DNA of 64,000 bases from an uncultured Bacteriovoracaceae bacterium (GTDB lineage Bacteria > Bdellovibrionota > UBA2428). The translations under genes were made by a program, and so were the position numbers. The DNA is taken from contig CAYZFQ010000001.1 of the NCBI GenBank assembly GCA_964477895.1, forward strand, positions 343,750 to 407,749. Direction: 5' to 3'. The notes beneath the pieces were generated by a model, which saw only the letters and a list, made by a program, of their open reading frames with translations, had not been told where the DNA came from and did not search any database. Each line of letters begins with the position of its first letter. The first letter of the stretch is position 1. Positions 47,730 through 57,338 of the stretch are shown piece after piece.

Positions 47730-49141
47730 TCGGCAGCTCCATTTTTAGTGGTTCGGGGAAAGGTGGTCATATAATCATCAATGATAATTTCTACGGCTTT
47801 AGATGTGCGGCCATGGCGGTACATCTCACTTAAAGCTTGGAGGGCGAGAATTCCGGCATTTTGGGTGGATAGTCTCTGTGCTTCAAGACTGAGCGAAAAA
47901 GCAGCGGGATCCGCATCAAAGCGTTCCCATTCGGAGTAAAAAAGCTCGATGACTTTTGGATTGTTAAGCGCTTGGGAGCTATCCAAAAACTCTGCCGTGT
48001 CTCGGGCGACTGTTGCTTCATCAGTGGCCTCACGCACTTTTTCATAATGACTTTTTATAAGAACATGGGTTTTATCCATCGTGAGGCGGTAAAGATTAAT
48101 TGTTTGGGATTCGAAGCGGCGGAAGGCACTTTCTATATCCCAGGAATTGGCGGTTGATCTTAGCTTGCGAAATTCTTCTAAAGCCTCGAGGTATTTCTTT
48201 TCTGCCTTCAAATCCTGGTTGTAAAATTTGTTAACCCCAACGGCGATTCCAGCCGTGAGTAACATGGAAGAAAGCAACTGTTCGGGTTGAATGGTGTTGT
48301 AAACAGCTCTCCCTCCCTGCAGCATTTTTTTGGCCAAGCGCGGCCAGAGAGCCTTTTCATCGCTCAGAGCAAGTTGAGCTAAAAAAGAACAATTCTTTGA
48401 ATTTGACCACCGGCTAAAAGCCGAGGTCTCAAAAGCTTTTTCAACTACAAAGTTGGCCAAGGTGTTTTCCGCGCCGGCTAAGTAAAAATCTTCCACGTAT
48501 TCACGCAGAGCATTTTCCTCTAGGTCTACCGGAGCAACGTCGAGCTTTACACCTAGGATTTCAGCAGGTGATGTGGGGATTTTAAAAGAAGCCAAGGAGT
48601 TGCTCACTCCCTCGATGCCCTTAATCGACCCTGCCAGCGAAGCTGCGGGAATCGCCGAATAACCCAGTCGTAAAGCATTCTTTGACCAGGACCCACGAGC
48701 TGAGGCCAATAGATTGAGGTAGCGGCGCCTAAACACCGGGGTGCGGATTAAGCCGTTGAAGGCAAAGGCGGTATAAAGACCGTACTGAGCGCTTCGACCC
48801 AGAGACTCTTTTTTGAGGTCTGCAACTGTTGTTTCGTAGTTGGCGGTCCAGCGCTGTTGGGCTTTCCATAGCAAATCTAAATAAGCGTCATCAGTTTCTG
48901 AGAGTTCAGAAAAGTGTTCTAAAGTTTTGCGGTAGATAGGAGCAAAGGGGTCACGAAAGATTTCCGCGAGTATTTTGTTAGAATAGCGCCGCGCTAAATC
49001 CGGTTTTTGAGCATGATAATTTTTTACAAATTCGGCAGACCAGTTCTCGATCGGCATCTCCTCGGCATGCAAGAAGGCAGACAAAGCGAGGCCCAGAAAG
49101 GGACCTTTTTTCGCTAATGTCGTTAGAGCCTTCATTTTCAT
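47726..49141 (-). CDS. Secreted helical hypothetical protein
   Basis: 471 aa, signal peptide, SD GGAAGG, internal Gly/Ala-rich hydrophobic helices. Confidence 0.75.
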   Translation of the reverse strand: MKMKALTTLAKKGPFLGLALSAFLHAEEMPIENWSAEFVKNYHAQKPDLARRYSNKILAEIFRDPFAPIYRKTLEHFSELSETDDAYLDLLWKAQQRWTANYETTVADLKKESLGRSAQYGLYTAFAFNGLIRTPVFRRRYLNLLASARGSWSKNALRLGYSAIPAASLAGSIKGIEGVSNSLASFKIPTSPAEILGVKLDVAPVDLEENALREYVEDFYLAGAENTLANFVVEKAFETSAFSRWSNSKNCSFLAQLALSDEKALWPRLAKKMLQGGRAVYNTIQPEQLLSSMLLTAGIAVGVNKFYNQDLKAEKKYLEALEEFRKLRSTANSWDIESAFRRFESQTINLYRLTMDKTHVLIKSHYEKVREATDEATVARDTAEFLDSSQALNNPKVIELFYSEWERFDADPAAFSLSLEAQRLSTQNAGILALQALSEMYRHGRTSKAVEIIIDDYMTTFPRTTKNGAAE

Positions 49142-49160
49142 GCCTTCCTTAAAGTTTTCC

Positions 49161-52100
49161 CTAGTAACGCTCTTGGTAAAATTCTACGAGTTTTTGCTGC
49201 CGGATATTTGCCTCTTGATCGCGGCCCAATTTCCAGAGCTTTGTTTCCCAAGAAGTTAAGCCCGTAGATTTTTCGGCCAACAGAGCATCGACTCGGTAGG
49301 TTTTACCTAAGTTAATTTGCTCAATGAGGAAGTTACGGGCTTGCTCAATGGCGGTTGCATCAGCCTGAGCGTTGCGGGCTTTGGCAAGGTCAGAAAGAAT
49401 GCGAGCCTGCTCATTGATTTGAGCAACGTCCCACTCTCCCTCTTTAACCGCCAGGCGTTGAAAGGAAGACTTGGTCTGCAGAAGCCATTCGTAAAGTTTT
49501 CCGGGGGCTCCAAGACGCAGGCTGACGAGTTTGTATAGACCATAGCCACCCAGGCCGGTAAAAATCACCCCTGGAATAAAAAGGCGCAAGGCACTGGACT
49601 TGGCTTCGTCCTGGAATACGGCAAGCGCCGAAATATTATAAAAAGAAGAATTGGTGAGAGAGGATTGTTGGAGGTCATTTGCCAAATTGAGTTCCACCTT
49701 GTGGCGGCTAAAGTAGTCGCGTCCATCGTAATACATGTTAATGGCGATAAGGGGAATGATGGCCTTAAGCACTGTTCCTCCGAGGTGTGAAACGCCTCGA
49801 GAAAAACCTTCAGCTGCGATAATCCACATATTGCTGCGACCCACAAAGCGACGGGTCCCGAGGCGAGCGGCGTCTACGATAAGTAGGGCCCACAAACCCG
49901 CATTTACTGGCTGTAAAACCTGTTGGACGTAGTCTCGCGTGAAAACTTCAAAGGGATCTTTGTCGCTTAAGCCGTCGATGAACTCTTTCATGGGCTTTTG
50001 GTATTCTGGGAAACCTTCTAAAATCATTCTTCGAAGAATTGCAGATTTTAAGAGACCATCGAGCTCATAGTTTTTGTCGGACGTGAGGGCACTAATTTTT
50101 TGAATATTTGCCCGCGTTTCAATTTCTTGGATTTCCAAAGCCTTAGTGACGACCTTAGTGAGCATTCCGGGGAATTTTTTTGCCTCCAGAATCACTTCGT
50201 GTAGGGGGTGTGTTCCATTGGAAAGTTCCGTGAATTCAGTGCCTCGACCGGTTTTTAGGGGCATATTCAAGAAAGGTTCCGCTTCAAACTGAGCTTCTTG
50301 TTGTGCCGCTCGGTAGGAACTCAGGGCTGCAGGATTGTATTTGAAAACCGTTGCGGCATTGATGGACTGACGTTGGGCCGTGACGGGGTCAAAGAAGCGC
50401 AATTCCTTGCCCACGCCAACCCAGGCTTTAACCTCATCTTTAAGAATAGTCGCTTGGCTAGTGGCAATGCGCTGGTCGTACTTATCTTTAATGTTGGAAT
50501 CGGCGATCGCCTCATGTCCTTCCACGAATTTAAGGGCCGATTCCGCAGGATTGGTGGGATCCAACAATTTGGGGTCGATAAGCTCATAAAAACGCGAGAA
50601 GAAAACTTCACGCGCTCCAAGGTAGGTGCGGGGTTGGGGCTTAAGAGGATTCGTTTTATCAAGACCTAAGTCCACGAGCCACGGGCTAAGGCGCACGGAT
50701 TTGCCAAGGTGCAGCTTGGAGTTCGCTAAGGCGGAAGAAATGGCTTGGGGCATGGAGAGTGGCTGTAGGGCCGAATCATTTTTATAATCTTCAGCAGCCT
50801 TCACGATATGATAGGGAAAATCACTTTTACGCAAATCTTTTTCTTCGTTTTCCAAAGCAAGGACATTGCTGCGTTCAAGAAAGTCTTCGGCGTCTAAATT
50901 GAGGCGTTTTCGATAAGCCGCTTTCTGTTCTTCTAAACTCTGCTCAAGGCGATAGATGAGGGGCGCGAGTTTTTTATTTCGTTCCATGGCAGCTGCCTTT
51001 TGTGAGTCATCTTTCATGGCTGCAATAGCTGAGGGTCTCTGCCGAGCGAGAAAGGGAGACTTAAGCATGAGGCGAACTTTGGCTGTTTCAAACTGCGCTT
51101 CTACGATAGTTTTAAGAAGCATCTCTTCTCGAAGTTTGCGGGTGGTGCCTGAAAATACGTATTCGTGATTCTTTAAAATATTTGAGAAATTTTCCGGAAA
51201 GTCGATACGGAAGCCTTCGTTTAATTGAAGTCGGGCATTGTCCATCTGCATTTTTTTGTCGTCTGCGGTGATCTCGGGAATTTCTTTTATGAGCTCATCA
51301 AAAAATGAACTTAAATACTCGTCGGTGATAAAGGGTGGCAGCTGGGAATATTCCTTGTTTATCAACTCTAAAAGGGCGCGTCGAAAGCTGCTTTCCTTGG
51401 CGAGAATGGAATCTTCTCTGATCATTTCTGGCATCACTTTTAAGGCGGAATACTGGGCAGAAAAGGTCTTATTAAGTTCTCCTGGGCGACACTCTTCGCT
51501 CTTTTGACCGCGACGGCGACAGATGACTTTGAGATTGTCTTGCAATTGTTGAATGGCCAGAAATTGAGTGAGCTCAAAAAGAGCTTTTTTGTCGATGTTT
51601 TGTTTGTAGATGCGCTGGCCTTCGACCACCCCATGGATAAACCAAAGACTCAGTTGAACATTTACAACTTTGTCTTCTTTGGCTCTCGACCAGTCAAAGC
51701 TAAGGCTTCTGGATTTTCTTGGAAAGCGATCATCCACCTCATAGTTCATAAAGGGGAGGTTCATGGCCACCATTACAGGAACTCGAACGGTGAAACGTCG
51801 GCTAAAGTCATAGACTGAACTTTCGAGTGTAATTTCAGGGTTGCGCTCTCGGGCTAGGACCCGCAATGAGATAAGGCTTCGAACCAAATCGCGGTGGATC
51901 AAAATAAATCTCGCGAAATCGCCAGTAGTGCCCTGGAGGATTTGATCGCTTTCTCCATAGACTTCCATGAGCTTTGCCAGTTCACCGAGTTTGGTGTTGA
52001 GCAGGTGAGTAAATCCATCCACTTCTTTTTCGATGGCAAGAAGATCTTCGGTATTTACTAATTTGCTGATACCCGTGGTAGTCCCGTTGGGGTTCGTGGT

Positions 52101-52448
52101 CCCAGAATTTAAGAGCTCAAGTTTTTTCTCAATTGGCTCGGCATAGTTAAGGACTTCGGCGAAAGTTTTAAGCTTAAAATTGCCTAAAAGACTCGCGCGC
52201 TCTCCTTTGAGAATAATATGGCTTCCGTCCGCACTGACTTCGAAATTTTGCCCAGATGAGGGGGATTGAGTGGGGGGCGTTGGGGAGGGGGTCGAAGGAC
52301 TAACCGGAGATGAGGCTTCCTTCCCTTCGGTCGAGCCTCCAGAGGGTGAGCATCCCGCTAAAATCAGCGAGAATACGCTGAGAGCACCAAGTAAAAAATC
52401 CTTTTTTTGCCTTGCAAGTTTTTCCACGAGCCGCGGATTATAGCGCAT
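49161..52448 (-). CDS. Large helical lipoprotein, unknown function
   Basis: 1095 aa, lipobox LAGC, Ser/Pro tether, several hydrophobic helices in the C-terminal quarter. Confidence 0.8.
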   Translation of the reverse strand: MRYNPRLVEKLARQKKDFLLGALSVFSLILAGCSPSGGSTEGKEASSPVSPSTPSPTPPTQSPSSGQNFEVSADGSHIILKGERASLLGNFKLKTFAEVLNYAEPIEKKLELLNSGTTNPNGTTTGISKLVNTEDLLAIEKEVDGFTHLLNTKLGELAKLMEVYGESDQILQGTTGDFARFILIHRDLVRSLISLRVLARERNPEITLESSVYDFSRRFTVRVPVMVAMNLPFMNYEVDDRFPRKSRSLSFDWSRAKEDKVVNVQLSLWFIHGVVEGQRIYKQNIDKKALFELTQFLAIQQLQDNLKVICRRRGQKSEECRPGELNKTFSAQYSALKVMPEMIREDSILAKESSFRRALLELINKEYSQLPPFITDEYLSSFFDELIKEIPEITADDKKMQMDNARLQLNEGFRIDFPENFSNILKNHEYVFSGTTRKLREEMLLKTIVEAQFETAKVRLMLKSPFLARQRPSAIAAMKDDSQKAAAMERNKKLAPLIYRLEQSLEEQKAAYRKRLNLDAEDFLERSNVLALENEEKDLRKSDFPYHIVKAAEDYKNDSALQPLSMPQAISSALANSKLHLGKSVRLSPWLVDLGLDKTNPLKPQPRTYLGAREVFFSRFYELIDPKLLDPTNPAESALKFVEGHEAIADSNIKDKYDQRIATSQATILKDEVKAWVGVGKELRFFDPVTAQRQSINAATVFKYNPAALSSYRAAQQEAQFEAEPFLNMPLKTGRGTEFTELSNGTHPLHEVILEAKKFPGMLTKVVTKALEIQEIETRANIQKISALTSDKNYELDGLLKSAILRRMILEGFPEYQKPMKEFIDGLSDKDPFEVFTRDYVQQVLQPVNAGLWALLIVDAARLGTRRFVGRSNMWIIAAEGFSRGVSHLGGTVLKAIIPLIAINMYYDGRDYFSRHKVELNLANDLQQSSLTNSSFYNISALAVFQDEAKSSALRLFIPGVIFTGLGGYGLYKLVSLRLGAPGKLYEWLLQTKSSFQRLAVKEGEWDVAQINEQARILSDLAKARNAQADATAIEQARNFLIEQINLGKTYRVDALLAEKSTGLTSWETKLWKLGRDQEANIRQQKLVEFYQERY

Positions 52449-52477
52449 CGCGTCATGAATATCAAGGCTATAGAAAT

Positions 52478-52510
52478 AAAAAAACCGACCCTTCCTGACG
52501 GAAGGATCGG
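52478..52510 (-). terminator. Intrinsic terminator after 52542-53498
   Basis: Minus strand ccgatccttcc-gtca-ggaagggtcgg followed by a T7 run. Confidence 0.85.
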
Positions 52511-52541
52511 CTGATCTGTGGATAAGGTTAAAGGTCTATAA

Positions 52542-53498
52542 TTATTGGGCGTAGGCTGCAGTTTGCATGTCGTCTGCATCAGGAAAACTAATACCTGCAG
52601 GGGCTTGTAATACTCGGCAGTTACCTGTGTAGAGGCCGGCACCTAAGCGTTTCATTATTTCAAGTTCACTCATTGCTTTGTAGGTAGCAGCCATTGCAGC
52701 TTTGAGGGCATTAAATACCGCTACACGAGCAGGTTCTCCGCTTTTACCCTCTGCGGCGCTAACGCCAGTCCATGCAATCTGAGCTGAATTACGCGATGCG
52801 GGACCAAAACCTTCGTTTTCTTCTGTGGCAGGGTTGTCTTTAAGACACGCTACGTCCGGTCCGAAAATCGAGGATACTGTAGGTGCACTGGCTAAAACCG
52901 ATCGGATAGCTTTAATGTTTGGGTTTGAGCAGTAACCTTCTTGAGTGCCACCACAATCCTTACGAACTGTAGCCATCAAGGCGGCGGCCTCAGCGCTGCT
53001 AATCTTAGTTTCAGCAACGGCAGTTTTCTCGGTGGAAGTGTTGAGACTCACCAATTCACCCATGGTGGATCCAGCAAGGGCATCAATACGAGCTGTGGAA
53101 AGGGGCTTTCCGTTTTCGGCGGCCACATCTGTAGCAATTTTTTGAACTAAAGAGGTCAATGAAGCGGCAACTTCCTTAGCGGCGGGGTTGGTGCTCGAGC
53201 TAAGAGCTTCGATCACTTGGCCTAGCTTTTGAGCGTTTAATTCTCCCGCGGGCATAACTTTTCCGGCAGTTTGCATTGCTTGGCGAGTTTCAGTGAAAAT
53301 ACCGCTCGATGTTTTAGCTGAACGATTGAGAACTGCTACGGCAGATTCGCCTACAGCAGGGTTCAACAGTGCTTCTAAAGCAGTTGCGCTGCGAGTTGCG
53401 GCACTCACATTGCCGCTGGCATTCGCCACTCCGATGCAGCCACCATGAGCCGCAACAGCAAGACTAAGAATTAAAGGAAATTTGTTCAGTTTCTTCAT
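52542..53498 (-). CDS. Ala-rich secreted hypothetical protein
   Basis: 318 aa from ATG 53498, SD GGAGG, signal peptide, four Cys in the mature C-half. Confidence 0.75.
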   Translation of the reverse strand: MKKLNKFPLILSLAVAAHGGCIGVANASGNVSAATRSATALEALLNPAVGESAVAVLNRSAKTSSGIFTETRQAMQTAGKVMPAGELNAQKLGQVIEALSSSTNPAAKEVAASLTSLVQKIATDVAAENGKPLSTARIDALAGSTMGELVSLNTSTEKTAVAETKISSAEAAALMATVRKDCGGTQEGYCSNPNIKAIRSVLASAPTVSSIFGPDVACLKDNPATEENEGFGPASRNSAQIAWTGVSAAEGKSGEPARVAVFNALKAAMAATYKAMSELEIMKRLGAGLYTGNCRVLQAPAGISFPDADDMQTAAYAQ

Positions 53499-53650
53499 TG
53501 ATCCTCCACAATTGATCATTTGATTTGTTGAGTGTGCTTAACGCAGAAAGCTATAAGACGCAATGCATTATCTCCCTTAAAAAGTATTTTATGCAGCTGC
53601 CTAAACTTTAGACAGTTCTGGCCAGAGACTAGTCAGATTAAGCCTTTTAA

Positions 53651-53704
53651 AATCAATGACTTACAGCTGGGCCCTTCATTGTAAACGCTGGCATAGCTTC
53701 TGCA
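53651..53704 (+). promoter_or_regulatory. Sigma54 promoter with upstream IHF site
   Basis: AATCAATGACTTA (53651-53663) matches WATCAANNNNTTR; TGGCATAGCTTCTGCA (53689-53704) is GG-N10-GC. Confidence 0.7.
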
Positions 53705-53728
53705 ACATTGTCAGAAGGAGGCTTTTTT

Positions 53729-53995
53729 ATGTTCCATGTCGGGAAAATTTCGCTCTTAGTATTATCAGTTTTGGTGGGTTCTAAGGCCTTCGCAGCTCCA
53801 TCTCATCAAGCTAATGCCCAACCACAAATGTCGAGGTCTGAAGCCACCCAGGGCAGCCGGGGTGCGGGTTATGATTTGAATTTTAATGCCGCTCTTTGTG
53901 GCGTAGATGGACCGAATATTGGTCGATTCCAAACCGACAGTCGCAGCGAAAATCCTCGCAACCGTGGATTCGACGATCACAATAACGACAGCTAA
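53729..53995 (+). CDS. Small secreted hypothetical protein
   Basis: 88 aa, SD AAGGAGG, signal peptide ending AFA. Confidence 0.7.
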   Translation: MFHVGKISLLVLSVLVGSKAFAAPSHQANAQPQMSRSEATQGSRGAGYDLNFNAALCGVDGPNIGRFQTDSRSENPRNRGFDDHNNDS

Positions 53996-54001
53996 TTCCT
54001 A

Positions 54002-54271
54002 TCACCGAGCTTGGACGGCTTCCGTGGCCTCTTCTTGAGCTTCGCGATTTTTCCGTAGTCGTGGAGCAAACTCCACATAGAGAGCTTGGATCTTTTCACC
54101 TGTCCAGGTGAGGGGTCGCGCGATTGTCCAAAAAGTTTTCTGAAATTTCGGGTGATTCACCGCCTGATGATATCTATTCTCTAGGCTCTTTCCCTGAATC
54201 GGGATTTGGCCCAAAAGTGTGATCCACAAAAAAAACAACGCAATTCGGCCTATGTAACGAAGCATCCCCAT
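54002..54271 (-). CDS. Small membrane-anchored hypothetical protein
   Basis: N-terminal TM; TATAAT 6 nt before the ATG. Confidence 0.65.
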   Translation of the reverse strand: MGMLRYIGRIALFFLWITLLGQIPIQGKSLENRYHQAVNHPKFQKTFWTIARPLTWTGEKIQALYVEFAPRLRKNREAQEEATEAVQAR

Positions 54272-54308
54272 ATCGTCATTATAATGATTTCGAGATAGAA
54301 CTCTAGGG

Positions 54309-55619
54309 ATGTATCCATCGCTGAGTGTGGAAGATATCTTCCAAGGGAAAAAAAACGAGAACGACTCCGTAAAAATTCAGGGCTGGGTTTATAACGCCCG
54401 GTCGAGTGGAAAGATTAAGTTTCTTCTCTTGCGCGATGGATCAGCCACTATTCAGTGTGTCTTTTTTCCGGCCAACACATCGCCTGCGGCTATGGAGGAG
54501 TTCTCTAAGCTGAGCCAAGAGAGCTCGGTGGAGGTCGACGGTTTTTTGACGAAGTCGCCTAAGTCACCTGGTGGTTGGGAAATTCAGGTGAAAGAGCTCA
54601 AAGTGCTGCAGCAGGCGGTAGACTTTCCCATCACCCCTAAAGAACACGGCCCTGCCTTTTTGCTGGATCAAAGACATCTTTGGATTCGCTCAAAACGACA
54701 ACACGCCATTTTGCGCATTCGGGCTGAAGTGGTTTCGGCAGTGCGGACGTTTTTTGATGAGCGTGGCTTCATCGGTTTTGATGCCCCCATCTTCACACCC
54801 AATGCTTGTGAAGGCACAACAAATTTATTTGAAGTGAATTACTTCGATGATGCCAAGGCCTATCTGACTCAAAGTGGTCAGCTTTATGGTGAGGCCGGAG
54901 CGATGGCTTTCGGTAAGGCCTATGTTTTTGGGCCCACCTTTCGGGCGGAGAAATCTAAAACTCGTCGGCACCTTACGGAATTTTGGATGGTGGAGCCAGA
55001 AGTCGCCTTTATGGATTTGCAGGGCAACATGGAACTCGCTGAAGACATGATGTGCTACATCGTGGAGCGAGTGATAAAAAATCGTAAGCGAGAACTTGAG
55101 GCTTTGGAGCGCGATATGTCGAAGCTGGAGTGTGTGAAAAAGCCTTTTCCTCGAATTCATTACAAAGAAGCTGCCGCGATCTTAGAAAAAGAATCCAAAG
55201 ACAATTTTAAGATGGGGATGGATTTTGGCGGGGGTGATGAAACCATCTTGGCTTCAAAATTTGACCGTCCGGTTTTTGTCCATGGTTTTCCCACAGCGAT
55301 CAAGGCTTTTTATATGAAGGAGGATCCTTCGGACCCTACTTACACTTTGTCGTGCGACTTGTTGGCGCCCGAGGGTTATGGAGAAATTATCGGTGGGGCG
55401 CAGCGGGAAGAGGACATCGAAGTTTTAAAACGAAAAATTGCGGAACACGGTTTAGATCAGAAGGTTTTCGAGTGGTACTTGGATTTGCGTCGTTATGGGT
55501 CGGTTCCTCATGCGGGATTCGGAATGGGCATAGAACGCTGTACCGCGTGGATTTGTGGGACCGAACATGTGCGTGAGTGCATTCCGTTCCCGCGGATGTT
55601 GTATCGACTGAATCCTTAG
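54309..55619 (+). CDS. asnS: Asparagine--tRNA ligase
   Basis: OB fold GWV..R, YLTQSGQLY, FRAEKSKTRRHLTEFWMVEPE, RYGSVPHAGFGMGIER. Confidence 0.97.
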   Translation: MYPSLSVEDIFQGKKNENDSVKIQGWVYNARSSGKIKFLLLRDGSATIQCVFFPANTSPAAMEEFSKLSQESSVEVDGFLTKSPKSPGGWEIQVKELKVLQQAVDFPITPKEHGPAFLLDQRHLWIRSKRQHAILRIRAEVVSAVRTFFDERGFIGFDAPIFTPNACEGTTNLFEVNYFDDAKAYLTQSGQLYGEAGAMAFGKAYVFGPTFRAEKSKTRRHLTEFWMVEPEVAFMDLQGNMELAEDMMCYIVERVIKNRKRELEALERDMSKLECVKKPFPRIHYKEAAAILEKESKDNFKMGMDFGGGDETILASKFDRPVFVHGFPTAIKAFYMKEDPSDPTYTLSCDLLAPEGYGEIIGGAQREEDIEVLKRKIAEHGLDQKVFEWYLDLRRYGSVPHAGFGMGIERCTAWICGTEHVRECIPFPRMLYRLNP

Positions 55620-55987
55620 GCTGCGCTTTTAAGAAGGCGGCCTGTGCTGTTGCCAGAAAATCTATTTAAATAGATATCAATGATCTGTTCGTAGGGAAGG
55701 TGCCGAAGGACTTCGCCATTAGCTTTGCGAACGACCAGATGGGGTGCCACTCCCTCTTGCTTCACAAGTTCGGCTTTAAGACCGGCTTGAGCAAAAGCGG
55801 GCAGCTCGTTTAGCTTTTTGATGGCTTCTGATTCTTGTTCTGCACTCAGTACAGTAGGTTTTCGCTGGGGCTGGTAACCTGCGGATCCTTGGGAATCTCG
55901 ATCGGTAGAAGTCGGCACGGCTTTTTCCGCTTTGTTCATCAGCGAAGAGATTCCGCTTTTGATGCGATTGATGCCACCGATGTCCAT
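55616..55987 (-). CDS. FlaG-like flagellar protein
   Basis: EAIKKLNE...LVVRKANGEVLRHLP..II...TGRLL resembles the FlaG C-terminus; sigma28-type promoter upstream. Confidence 0.55.
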   Translation of the reverse strand: MDIGGINRIKSGISSLMNKAEKAVPTSTDRDSQGSAGYQPQRKPTVLSAEQESEAIKKLNELPAFAQAGLKAELVKQEGVAPHLVVRKANGEVLRHLPYEQIIDIYLNRFSGNSTGRLLKSAA

Positions 55988-55993
55988 ATGCCC

Positions 55994-56020
55994 TTATCGA
56001 CATCTTTTTAAAAAAGATTA
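55994..56020 (-). promoter_or_regulatory. Sigma28 promoter of the FlaG-like gene
   Basis: TAAT-N15-GTCGATAA. Confidence 0.6.
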
Positions 56021-56103
56021 GTCGGAGATTTGGCGCATACTTTATTCAAGAGGGGGGGGCTGCTTATTGCGGATTTCGCTAAGTGGTTCTAGTCTTAGGA
56101 GAT

Positions 56104-57255
56104 ATGGCGCAAGCGTTACCTATCTATAAAGAAGCAATGGATAAAGGCCTCGAAGGCGTCGTGGCCTGTAGCACGAAAGTAAGCAGTATCCAGGATGCCA
56201 CTCTGTGTTATCGAGGCTACACTATCGAGGACCTTGTCGAAAATTCTACTTTTGAAGAGACGATTTTTTTGCTTTGGAATTCCCGCTTGCCAACGGCCTC
56301 GGAATTGGCTGCTTTTCGAGGACAGTTGGGCGAACATATGTCTCTAGAGCCCGAGTTACAGGCCCTGTTGGCGTCTTACGCAAAGGCACTCCCGACCAAA
56401 ACTCATCCCATGGATTTTTTACGAACAGCAGTGTCGATGATATCGGCCTTTGATCCTGACGCGACAGATATGTCGGAAGCTGCAAATAAGAAAAAAGCCC
56501 TTCGTCTCACTGCCAAAATGGGCACGGCGGTTGCGGCATTTGAGAGGCTTCGCAAAAAGCAATCTCTTATTGCTCCAGAGCCGAGCAAATCATTATCGTG
56601 GAATTTTTTGAATATGCTTTTCGGTCAGGCACCAAAAGCAGAATATGAGAAAGTTTTTGATACTGCGCTCATCTTGCACGCTGACCATGAGCTCAACTGC
56701 AGCGCTTTCTCGGCGCGGGTGACAGCTTCTTCGCTCAGCGACTTTCATTCGGCTATTGTTTCGGCAATTGGGACCCTTAAGGGGCCACTGCATGGCGGAG
56801 CGAATGAAGCCGTTATGAAGATGCTGAAGGAAATTGGGACTGTAGATAAAGCTCGGTCCTTTGTAGAAAAAGCTTTGGAGGGCAAAGAGAAGGTGATGGG
56901 AATTGGCCATCGCGTATATAAAAATGGGGACCCCCGAGCAAAAATTCTACGAAAAATGAGTGAAAAGCTCACTCGTGACACCGGTCAGCCCGAGCTTTTT
57001 GAAATGAGCATATTGATAGATGACACTATGCAAGACAAAAAGGGCCTCATGCCCAATGTCGATTTTTATTCAGCTACGGTTTATAACGCGATGGGTATCC
57101 CAACAGATATCTTCACCCCAATTTTTGCAGTGAGTCGCATCGCGGGGTGGTCGGCCCATATTCTCGAGCAGTACTCTGTAAATCGGATTTATCGCCCCCG
57201 AGCTGAATACAACGGTCAGACGGGACTTCTTTGGAAACCAGTTGCGTCTCGCTAG
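56104..57255 (+). CDS. gltA: Citrate synthase (short type)
   Basis: KGLEGV, YRGY, LHADHELNCS, GPLHGGANE, MGIGHRVYK, PNVDFYS; methylcitrate synthase not excluded. Confidence 0.9.
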   Translation: MAQALPIYKEAMDKGLEGVVACSTKVSSIQDATLCYRGYTIEDLVENSTFEETIFLLWNSRLPTASELAAFRGQLGEHMSLEPELQALLASYAKALPTKTHPMDFLRTAVSMISAFDPDATDMSEAANKKKALRLTAKMGTAVAAFERLRKKQSLIAPEPSKSLSWNFLNMLFGQAPKAEYEKVFDTALILHADHELNCSAFSARVTASSLSDFHSAIVSAIGTLKGPLHGGANEAVMKMLKEIGTVDKARSFVEKALEGKEKVMGIGHRVYKNGDPRAKILRKMSEKLTRDTGQPELFEMSILIDDTMQDKKGLMPNVDFYSATVYNAMGIPTDIFTPIFAVSRIAGWSAHILEQYSVNRIYRPRAEYNGQTGLLWKPVASR

Positions 57256-57303
57256 CCAACTTATTCACGGAACGGTCGTCCTTTTGTTAAGGCCACATTT
57301 TAT

Positions 57304-57330
57304 TAAGTTCCCAGGGTTAAACTCCGATAA
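57304..57330 (+). promoter_or_regulatory. Sigma28 promoter
   Basis: TAAG-N15-TCCGATAA. Confidence 0.65.
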
Positions 57331-57338
57331 AAAGGAAG

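Noticed and set aside
56052-56059. G8 tract upstream of gltA as a phase-variation switch
   Set aside because: Short, intergenic and before a housekeeping gene; no support without read-level length variation
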